A stretch of DNA of 25,779 nucleotides from a virus: IMG/VR virus record IMGVR_UViG_3300045988_128600; one strand, given 5' to 3'. The position numbers were made by a program, and so were the translations under genes. The stretch's first letter is position 1. Each line of letters opens with the position of its first letter. A model generated the notes under the pieces. That model saw only the letters and a list, made by a program, of their open reading frames with translations. It did not search any database and was not told the origin of the DNA. Of the stretch, positions 18,027 through 25,779 are shown piece after piece.

Positions 18027-18866
18027 TTAATTAGTAAAATAATTATAAGCAGTGGTCGCATTCTTTTGTCTTTGATTTAAAGAACTTGATCCACAACGTT
18101 CATAACATTTCGCAAAAGCTTTAGCAACTTCTTTTTCATCATTTAAATTTAAAAAAGAATTAAAATTAAATCCTCTTTTATATGAAGAACCAAAAGTATT
18201 AAATTCGTATCCAATAGTATTTATTAAGAATTCGCATTGTGTATCTAAATTAGAATACCAAACACTTGAATATCCTTTACTCCATTGACAAATTCCATAA
18301 TAATATTTGTTAGAGGCAGTTGGCTGTAAAGATAAAGTATTACCGCCACATTCTGCCATCATATTGCCCAAAATACCAGCGCAAACCGCGTCATTCCATC
18401 CTTGGTCTTTCATATAAAGCCAAATTTCTGTTGCTACTGGGTAAGTAGATGATTTATCATTCCATTGAGAATTAATTTTATCTAAACGATTCTGATAAAT
18501 TTCCAAATATCCATTAGCAGTTTCATATTCTTTTTTAGCAAATTCAATAATAGGATGATTTTCATCATACCCTAATGCTCTTGTTGCTTCGGCTAAGTCA
18601 TGAGCACTATTTACAATCTCTTGATACTCTTGGATTAGAGATTTGAGCTCTTTACGATTAACTGTATCATTAATTTCTCTATCCATAGGCTCCATATCAA
18701 TAGTTTCTTCTGGTAAAAAATTATATACAGTTGATGATTCAGAAGGGATGTAAGCTTCCGAAAAAGTAGTGATTTCGCTATAATTTAAAGCAAAAGCTAA
18801 TGTTTGTAAAATAAAAATTAATACAAAACAAATAATGCTTCCTGCTAAAATCTTATATCTTTTCAT
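18027..18866 (-). CDS. Secreted or membrane-anchored lysozyme-like protein, 279 aa. An N-terminal signal/anchor precedes a C-terminal phage-tail-lysozyme/SLT-like domain (AGILGNMMAECGG…YYYGICQW).
   Basis: The N-terminus is MKRYKILAGSIICFVLIFILQTLAFA (signal peptide or signal anchor). The catalytic-region motif resembles the 'phage tail lysozyme' family (AGILGN..ESG…GL.QW). Strong RBS AGGAGGaaatcattt is present. It contains no TAG. Confidence 0.5.
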   Translation of the reverse strand: MKRYKILAGSIICFVLIFILQTLAFALNYSEITTFSEAYIPSESSTVYNFLPEETIDMEPMDREINDTVNRKELKSLIQEYQEIVNSAHDLAEATRALGYDENHPIIEFAKKEYETANGYLEIYQNRLDKINSQWNDKSSTYPVATEIWLYMKDQGWNDAVCAGILGNMMAECGGNTLSLQPTASNKYYYGICQWSKGYSSVWYSNLDTQCEFLINTIGYEFNTFGSSYKRGFNFNSFLNLNDEKEVAKAFAKCYERCGSSSLNQRQKNATTAYNYFTN

Positions 18867-19039
18867 AAATGATTTCCTCCTAATAGGTTTTTTAAGTCTA
18901 TTAGTCGTAGTGTCAATTATTAAAAATAATAAGCAGCCCTATCTACAATTTCGTAATCTTCTATAATAATCTAAGGACTAATATTATTATTCCATATATT
19001 TCGTTCGCATTTACCAACGATATTAATTGTCACATAACC

Positions 19040-20668
19040 CTATTCAGAATACAATTTCTCGTATTCCTCCTCGGACGACTTAAACTTGATTAAACTGATG
19101 CCATCTGGCATAGTTATCTTCAAGGTAGGATTTTTATCTTTTGACATTAAAGTTAAATTATTTGATGTAACTTTTATTCCTTCAACGGCAATAGATGCTT
19201 CTTCTACCCCTTGGCCCCAAAGTGGTTTAAGTTGAGCGATATCAATAATATCTTTTCCGACTAAATCATTAGTGTGATAAATAAAATCAACACTATAAAT
19301 TGGGGTGAAATCAAAATCTTGTAAAGCAGAATTCGCATATTCAATAAATTTATCAAAATTATCATCAATAATACCAAATCCAAAAGCATTAGGATGTCCT
19401 TCCGCATACATAATTAGATTTGATTTTTGACAAAATTCTCTAAAGTCTTTAAGTGCGGATTTGTCGTATCCTCTGCCGGAGCCTTCCCAACAAATTTGTT
19501 GAGTTTCTTCATCTATTGTTTTATTAAGAATTAAAACAGGACGTTGATATTTGCTCATTAATTGATTGGCCATTAATCCAGTCAAATTTTTATCAGCAGC
19601 AAATCCATCTAACTTAATTCCTAAGATTTTATTACTTAAAAGATTTTGATTTGCGATTATCTATTCAATTTTTTCCAAGCTAGTGTCTCTGATTTTAGTT
19701 TGCCTATTCTTGATATTAGTACAATTACGACAAGCTTGTTCTACTCTTGTCTCTGCTTGACCTTTACATCCACGTTTTGTTGAAGGGACAAGTTCGTATC
19801 CCTTAAAATCAAGCATTGACTCGAATAGCATGAGCTTTTCTTCTTGCGTCCCAACACGAGTAGTTGCATTAACTAAAGGAGCAATATAGAAAGCTACTCC
19901 AATAGGCGTAATCTCATTATTAAAATGAAACTAATCTCTATTGATTATGCCTCTGAAGTAAGGATTGGTGATTTGTTGTAAGCCTTTATTAATTAAATGT
20001 TTTGTTTCAAAATCACGCATATCCATCATGTCAGCCACCATTCCAAGGGCAACTAAATCCAGTATATGATCCGCATACTGAACATTCATAAGTTCATCAA
20101 TATAACAACAAAACTTATAAACCATTCCTACGCCAGATAAAGATTTAGTTGGATAATCACATAATTGGTTGTTAATAATACAAGCATACTATGATATTTT
20201 ATCAGCTTCATGGTGGTCTATTACCAACACGTCAATACCATTTTTATATAAATATTCGTGTTCTAAATAATCATTTGATGAAGAATCTGGAGCAATTACT
20301 AATTTAATATCTTTATCAATACTATCTGGTATAATTCCGTGTTGTTTTCCTGCATGGACACGATAAAAAATATTGTTTTGCACAAACGCAGGAAAAAGAC
20401 AGTATAAGTAATTCATGAGTGCGGCCGCCGAAGTATAGCCATCACAATCACTATCTACCTATATAAGAACTTTGTCATTTTGTGCAATATGTTTGACGAG
20501 CATTTTTGCACCATTTTCTATTCTATCAATAGTTGCTGGTTCGATAATGTCGTCATCAGTGGTATTAAGATAATGAGGAATATCTTGTAATTTAATTCCT
20601 CTATTGGTTAGCACCTGTTCGACCGCCGAATACTGCGGGATGCGAGGGGCTTTTAGTTGATAGTCCAT
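19040..20668 (-). CDS. DHH-DHHA1 family phosphoesterase (RecJ-like ssDNA exonuclease or nanoRNase-like), ~542 aa, 4 in-frame TAGs.
   Basis: Four track ORFs (20459..20668, 20189..20416, 19931..20125, 19040..19585) share one frame, and every junction is open except for single TAGs. Motifs present are DxD (VDSDCDGYTSAAAL), DHH (VLVIDHHEAD) and the GxGH-like YAEGHPNAFGFG. RBS AAAGGAGGttgaatagcc is present. Confidence 0.7.
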
Positions 20669-20737
20669 AGGCTATTCAACCTCCTTTCATAATACCACCA
20701 CTATTATTTAAGAATTTCTATAATTTACTTATTCATA

Positions 20738-21055
20738 TCAGTCCTCTCCTACTGGATTACCATAGTAATGATAAGCAGTATAAGGAAGGGCTTTTGTGCA
20801 TGGAAAAATAATAGTTTCAATAACTGAAAGAGGGGTTTGACGAGAAATATAAGAAATATTACACTTATGACCTCTGGCATTTCCAGTAGAAATAACTACT
20901 TTCCAATAATCTTCATTTTCAAAAACTATAGAATAACGATTAATAGATTTATTTTTCTCTATTGGTTTTATACCCATTGCTTTATATTGTTCTTCAATTC
21001 TTTCTAATTGTTCAGTTCCTTCAATAAAAGTATTACACCAAACAATACCTGTCAT
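20738..21055 (-). CDS. Hypothetical protein, 105 aa.
   Basis: Track ORF with a true TGA stop. Confidence 0.45.
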   Translation of the reverse strand: MTGIVWCNTFIEGTEQLERIEEQYKAMGIKPIEKNKSINRYSIVFENEDYWKVVISTGNARGHKCNISYISRQTPLSVIETIIFPCTKALPYTAYHYYGNPVGED

Positions 21056-21342
21056 AAACCGCTCTCTCCCATCTTATGCCCTAATGGACAAATATGAAAA
21101 AAAACAGGAATTTCCATTTCCGTATATCCTTTTTCTAAATCTCCATTATATCTAATTACTTTTCGAGTTTCAATTCCACTTGAGATACAATTACTGGTTT
21201 TGTCATAATATTTATTACATTTATCGCAATAAATACAACTTCGGAGCAAACTATCTCTTTGTTTTTTTAATCCTTCAATTTGCGCGCTCAGTGAAATAAT
21301 TGTATCATTTATAGAGATAGGAATATCATAATCATCATTCAT
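21052..21342 (-). CDS. Hypothetical Cys-rich (zinc-ribbon-like) protein, 96 aa.
   Basis: Track ORF with CxxC…CxxC spacing (CIYCDKC…HICPLGH). Its start and stop overlap neighbouring genes. Confidence 0.45.
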   Translation of the reverse strand: MNDDYDIPISINDTIISLSAQIEGLKKQRDSLLRSCIYCDKCNKYYDKTSNCISSGIETRKVIRYNGDLEKGYTEMEIPVFFHICPLGHKMGESGL

Positions 21343-22442
21343 ATAAATATCCTTTCCTTATATAATTGTAAAAATTTTTCTTTACCATCATCAATTGGTG
21401 AATCTTTGTATTTTGTAATCATATTTTTATCAAAAATAAAAGATATAAGCACATCATTTTTAAATTTAGTTCTAATCTTTAAAAGATTTAACTTTAAGTG
21501 TTGAAATTCTGCGTCTCCAATTTCTTGGAATTGTCTATCAAAAGCAATTATAATTTCTTGCGCGCCACTATCTAATAATAATTGAATTTGATGCGAAGAA
21601 ACATTACTTCCGCAACAAGCTACTGATATATTGTTATTCCAACCGAAATCAGTAGCATATTTCAATACTGATTTTTCACTTTCAAAAATTATTGCTTTTT
21701 TCATTATGCCAATGGCATTTTTAGACCAATTTAATCCATATAAGTTCATTCCAAGAGGATGATTATATAATTGATTATTTATTTTCATTGGTCTATATTT
21801 TCCATATAGCTCCGCTTCGTCTTTGCACATAGTGCGTCCGCGCAAGCCCACAAATCTTCCACTAATATCATAATGAGGAATTGTAATTTGATCGGCTCCT
21901 GGATAAAAACCAATACGTGCTTTATTAATTACTTCTTGAGAAATTCCCTCATCAAGCCAAGGAATTATTTTAATATTATAATTTAATCTATTTAAAATAG
22001 AATCATCATAATCTTTTAAAATAATTTTATTATTTTTTAATTCAATCTCTTGGATACGAGAATAATTTGATAAAATTTTCCAATCATCTAAAGTTTTACC
22101 CATGTCGTCATCTTTTATCATGCCTGATAAACCAAAACGACGAGCAACCCATAAAACTGAATCATTTAAATCAAATTCTTCATCATATTGAATTTTCATT
22201 ACTTTAGAACATAATTCAAAAATATCAAAAGTTGAATCACATCCTGTGTAGCATTTAAATAATCCTGTATTTTCATAAAAATAAAGTTTTCTGCTACCTT
22301 CTCCAGGAGGATTATGACAAATGGTGGAAGAGAGAATCCCGAATTCTGTATATTCAGGATTTCCCCCCCATTCAATTAATAAATCATAAATATTTTCAAG
22401 CCCAAGAGCTTGACGAATTTCTGATTTATCAAATACTATCAT
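21339..22442 (-). CDS. dnaG: DNA primase (DnaG-type: CHC2 zinc finger plus TOPRIM), 367 aa, no TAG.
   Basis: The zinc finger is CHNPPGEGSRKLYFYENTGLFKCYTGC and the TOPRIM acidic motifs are (E)SEKSVL / IIAFDRQ. Track ORF. Confidence 0.75.
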   Translation of the reverse strand: MIVFDKSEIRQALGLENIYDLLIEWGGNPEYTEFGILSSTICHNPPGEGSRKLYFYENTGLFKCYTGCDSTFDIFELCSKVMKIQYDEEFDLNDSVLWVARRFGLSGMIKDDDMGKTLDDWKILSNYSRIQEIELKNNKIILKDYDDSILNRLNYNIKIIPWLDEGISQEVINKARIGFYPGADQITIPHYDISGRFVGLRGRTMCKDEAELYGKYRPMKINNQLYNHPLGMNLYGLNWSKNAIGIMKKAIIFESEKSVLKYATDFGWNNNISVACCGSNVSSHQIQLLLDSGAQEIIIAFDRQFQEIGDAEFQHLKLNLLKIRTKFKNDVLISFIFDKNMITKYKDSPIDDGKEKFLQLYKERIFI

Positions 22443-22611
22443 AAGTAATTACTTTAGAACAATTTCTCATAAGTCCGCACTGTTCATTAACATAATGGAC
22501 AAGCATTTCTTGCGGACGAAGCTTAGCAAGACTGGGAACAGCTTTATAAGAACGAATAATCTCCTTAGCCATTCTATTACTCATCTTGTATTCAACATTA
22601 CCACTCTTCAT
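22429..22611 (-). CDS. Hypothetical small protein, 60 aa.
   Basis: Track ORF between dnaB and dnaG, overlapping the primase start by 14 nt. Confidence 0.3.
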   Translation of the reverse strand: MKSGNVEYKMSNRMAKEIIRSYKAVPSLAKLRPQEMLVHYVNEQCGLMRNCSKVITYDSI

Positions 22612-22628
22612 AATTTTTCTCCTTAATT

Positions 22629-24161
22629 TTAAAAAGCTGACTCTTCTTCAAGAGTAATTTTTATATCATCAATAGGAACAAGTTCATAAGCATATGTAGT
22701 ACAAAACATAGGAATAATTCTACAAGTTCCTAAATCTGCTTTACACCATAAAATAACTCCTTTATACCTACCACGTCTATTTTTATAGACAGATATTTTA
22801 ATAGTTGGAGTATCAAATAATTTTGTGTTTAGTATTTTTTCCAATGAAATTAAATCATCATCTTGGACATTTAAAAGAATTGATCCATAATCTACTTTAT
22901 CGGCAATAGATTTTGCTCCACGCAAAAGATTCTGATCAGGAGTTTTAGAATCAACATAATCACCATTTAATTGTGTTGCTGACATAATAAAAACACCATA
23001 TTGATTACAGATATCTTTTAATTTGTTAGATAGCATAAAAAGTATATTATCTTCACGAAGTTTTACTCCACCACTACGACGAGTAATTTCTTCAAGAATT
23101 TTCATACTTGTATGAATATAGTCATGGAAGATATATTTTACATCGTGATCTCGGATGCCTTTTTTGATTTCATTTTCAACATCCTGTAATGAAAAATCGG
23201 GTAATTCACGAATATATAATGGGCTATCTTTAAGAATTTTCGCAGCTTCTATTACTCGTTCTTTTTCATTTCCTTGATATTCATTATAAATAATATGTTC
23301 TTCATTTACGTTAGAAAGAAAAGCAAGCATCATTGTTTGAATTTCATTTTTATCTTGCTCTGTAGTTATATACAATACTGGTTCTTGGATTCCATTTTTG
23401 ATCCAACTTCCAAAAGTATCGTCATATATTTTATTACAAGCAATATAACACGAATCCGCAATCATAGAACGAGTTTTACCTACACCTGTGGCCGCGGAGC
23501 GCAAATAAAACTTTTTAAGTCTCGCACCACGAGTAACTGTATTAATTAATGGCCCATATAGAGGACTTCCTGCTATTGGATGTTGCTCTAAATCATCAAG
23601 CAATTCAAAGATTCCATCACCTGCTTGAACCGCGACTCCTTCAACGTCATTTACATACTCATATTTAATTTGTTCTATGCGGTCATCAATTAATTGTGCG
23701 ATATGCTCTAATGAAGAATTATCAAGATTATCTTCTTGTAATTGTTTTTTTTCAGTATCTAAAATATTATCAGGATCATAAATAAAAGAAACATCAATGC
23801 CATATCTGTCATAAGCACGAAGTAGAGACATTTTTTTTAAACGACCATAATAATAATCAAATGACAAAGGTTTCGCATTTTCAGAAACTTTCAATAACCA
23901 TTCTTCACCTTTATTAACTTTAAATGTGGCTTCATATTTAGGTCGAGAAGAAAGAAAATCACTAATATTTTCTAAAGTAATTTTCTAAGCTCCTAATTCA
24001 TGAATTTTATATATTGCTCCAAAAACAATTCTATGAAATTCATCAGCAAAATCTTCATCAGTTATTGTATATCTATCAGTAAAATCCAAAAGCTAAGGAG
24101 TATTATATACGCACCCTATAACTTGTGTAATCGCTGTTGGGTCTACATATTTACTCGGCAT
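22629..24161 (-). CDS. dnaB: Replicative DNA helicase DnaB, 510 aa, with 2 in-frame TAGs in the N-terminal domain.
   Basis: Track ORF 22629..23894 (RecA-like C-domain, Walker A GVGKTRSM) extends in frame upstream through two TAGs to the ATG at 24159-24161, which is preceded by GGAGGacttaa. The added 89 aa resemble the DnaB N-terminal domain (…FHRIVFGAIYKIHELGA*KITLENISDFL…). The total is 1533 nt, divisible by 3. Confidence 0.75.
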
Positions 24162-24501
24162 TTAAGTCCTCCTATTCATCTAAAAATGTAAAAACTGATC
24201 TTTTTCGAGGTTCTTTTTTAGGAATAGGAATTTTTATTTCCTTTAATTTAGGAACGTAATCAATAACATTTTTATCTTTATTGGATTGTTGAATCATCCA
24301 AAGATTATAATAATAATTGTAAGCGTCTTTATAAATAAAAGGTATAATACCAATTCCACCATTAGCTTTATTTTTATTATTTCCTTTAACCTCATAAAAA
24401 TAAACTAAGGCTTTTAACATTCCAGAATATGTATATTGATATTCTCTGATATAATCATTCATTTGCTTGCGGACGCGAGCATTAATATATGATTCTCCCA
24501 A
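24151..24501 (-). CDS. Hypothetical protein, ~116 aa, with a TTG start in the track and a TAG at 24172-24174 followed by TAA at 24151. A zinc-ribbon-like N-terminal extension is possible.
   Basis: Track ORF 24172..24501. See the finding on the start-less upstream open frame. Confidence 0.4.
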
Positions 24502-24747
24502 TAAATTTTTTACATATTCTTCAAATTTTTCTTTATCTAAATCTTCTTTTGTTTTTACTTTTTCGGGCGGATTATGAACTTGTAAAGGAGTGTCTTCATT
24601 TTCAGCCTATTTAGCACATTCAGGGTGCGCATATCTTCGAGATTTTATTTGAACATAAGGAAACTTATCTCTATCAAAAGTCTGCTGACAATAAATACAT
24701 TTAACTTTATGTATATAAATTACTCCTTTCCATTACTTTATATAAAT

Positions 24748-24776
24748 ATTATACAATATTTTTAAATAAAAGTCAA
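24748..24776 (-). promoter_or_regulatory. Consensus promoter on the - strand, TTGACT-17-TATAAT, located immediately after the terminator of the upstream gene.
   Basis: The - strand reads TTGACTtttatttaaaaatattgTATAATatttatataaagtaATGGAAAGGAG. The -35 is at + 24771-24776 and the -10 at + 24748-24753. Confidence 0.65.
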
Positions 24777-24803
24777 ACCGGAGCGACTTTTATCACTCCG
24801 GTT
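24776..24803 (-). terminator. Intrinsic terminator hairpin, an 8-bp stem AACCGGAG/CTCCGGTT, followed on the - strand by a T-rich tract. It is downstream of the AAA_24 ATPase gene.
   Basis: An inverted repeat at 24776-24783 and 24796-24803, with + strand A-rich 24761-24770 (T-rich on the - strand). Confidence 0.55.
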
Positions 24804-24819
24804 ATAAATTATATTTTAT

Positions 24820-25779
24820 TTACTTATTTTCCATTTGAGGAAGAAGATCATCTTTAATTTCACCAACAATTAAAGATACAAATTCTGCCTGCTCGGGAGT
24901 GGCGTCAGAAATTTTCTTACCTTTGCCCAAATATTTATCAATAATTTGAGTGATACGAGGACCAAAGAATCCAGGGTTCTTATTCATCATATCTCCAGCA
25001 AGGTTTTGGAATTCAGCCATAAGTGCTTCATAATCATAAGTAGGAGCTTCAGGGGCAACGACCATCTTTTCATCAGTGACAAATTTACCACCATTGTCAG
25101 CAGCTTCCTTATCAATAGCCTCATGGATGGCATTAATAAGACTATCATAATTCATAGGAATTTCGCTCTCAATATACTTAAAACGACCACCGCAGTCAAT
25201 AAGGTCATTACCAGAACGAAGAGTTAAGACAGACATTTGGCCTGCTGCCTTTTGATGGGCATATCCATAAACATCAGCCATACCGGTGATAATAGTGCGA
25301 GTGGATTGAGAAAGATTTGGTCTTACTGCCACAACCTCAGTACCATCAGGACGAGTTACAGTTTGTTCTTTTTCATGTCCAATAAAGAAAACGGCATATC
25401 CAAGACGAGTTAAACCTCTAAAAACTTCATTAAATTCATCTTTAAACTTAGACCAGCCCTTACCATAACCAAGGTCTCCAAGAGATTCAATTTGATTTTG
25501 ATTACAAATATATTTCTCACAATACTTAGCAGCTTCATCAATAGTATCTACAATAATAGCGTTATACATTGCCTTTACTTCTGGACGCTTCAAATCACGA
25601 TAGACTTGCTTCATTTCTGCCCAAGAAGTAATATCTGCGGCCATAACACCAGGAAGGCAGTTATAACCTTGCTCAAAAGCTAAAAGCAAAGAATTTGGCA
25701 TTTGAGTTGCTAAAGTAGTCTTACCAGTCTTGGGTTTACCATAAATAAAAGTAATATAACCAGAAAGATCTTTACTTAC
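24820..25779 (-). CDS. AAA_24-family (Sak4-like) RecA-fold ATPase, N-terminally truncated by the window edge.
   Basis: Track ORF 24820..25701 extends in frame to the window end, where the Walker A ITFIYGKPKTGKTTLAT appears. GWSKFKDEF…YAVFFIGHEKE is typical of phage AAA_24/Sak4 proteins. Confidence 0.65.
   Translation of the reverse strand, partial: VSKDLSGYITFIYGKPKTGKTTLATQMPNSLLLAFEQGYNCLPGVMAADITSWAEMKQVYRDLKRPEVKAMYNAIIVDTIDEAAKYCEKYICNQNQIESLGDLGYGKGWSKFKDEFNEVFRGLTRLGYAVFFIGHEKEQTVTRPDGTEVVAVRPNLSQSTRTIITGMADVYGYAHQKAAGQMSVLTLRSGNDLIDCGGRFKYIESEIPMNYDSLINAIHEAIDKEAADNGGKFVTDEKMVVAPEAPTYDYEALMAEFQNLAGDMMNKNPGFFGPRITQIIDKYLGKGKKISDATPEQAEFVSLIVGEIKDDLLPQMENK

Noticed and set aside
20709-20717. 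TG-extended -10 (tggTATTAT) directly abutting the RBS of the DHH gene
   Set aside because: The predicted transcript would begin inside the SD. It may be real but is too close to call, and the gene is more likely co-transcribed from an upstream promoter.
7338-25683. Assorted short + strand ORFs inside - strand genes (7338..7688, 7645..7941, 10387..10569, 10646..10885, 12010..12249, 14212..14403, 16416..16646, 17728..17919, 23274..23549, 24000..24191, 24946..25227, 25492..25683)
   Set aside because: Each is antisense to a long conserved - strand gene (nrdG/nrdD, dnaE, helicase, dnaB, AAA_24). They have no RBS and are typical AT-rich shadow ORFs.
1-25779. Search for a suppressor tRNA (anticodon CUA), other tRNAs, or CRISPR arrays
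   Set aside because: No tRNA-like, GC-rich cloverleaf-compatible segment such as a GTTCGAATC-type T-arm occurs in any non-coding gap. No spaced direct-repeat array is present. Any suppressor tRNA must lie outside this window.

Overview
This window is AT-rich DNA (roughly 27% GC by eye) from a tailed phage or prophage of a low-GC Gram-positive (Firmicutes/Clostridia-like) host, judged from the strong GGAGG ribosome-binding sites and TTGACA-17-TATAAT promoters. It has two parts. The first, 1..~4450 mainly on the + strand, is a lysis/accessory block: a holin-like gene, an orphan LytTR regulator on the opposite strand, and six small genes that include a BclA C-terminal-domain-like protein and a YjcZ-like Gly/Cys-rich membrane protein. 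The second, 4485..25779 entirely on the - strand, is a DNA-replication/recombination block: AAA_24 ATPase (partial), DnaB, DnaG primase, a DHH/RecJ-like gene, a Dda/RecD-like helicase, DnaE-type polymerase III alpha, a dNMP kinase, NrdD/NrdG, dUTPase and RuvC.

The central observation is that TAG (amber) is not a stop codon here. At least 35 in-frame TAGs sit inside clearly protein-like reading frames that run on to TAA or TGA. Every apparent break in a conserved gene (NrdD, the helicase, DnaB, the DHH gene, RuvC) falls exactly on a TAG with the reading frame preserved. Under the standard genetic code about ten genes are hidden or split, which explains the apparently empty stretches and the spurious opposite-strand ORFs in the supplied track. 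TAG is about five times denser in the + strand lysis/accessory block (about 1 per 65 codons) than in the replication block (about 1 per 350 codons; DnaE and the primase have none). No suppressor tRNA or release-factor gene was found in this window.

Manually derived coordinates may be off by 1-3 nt. Coordinates taken from the ORF track are exact.
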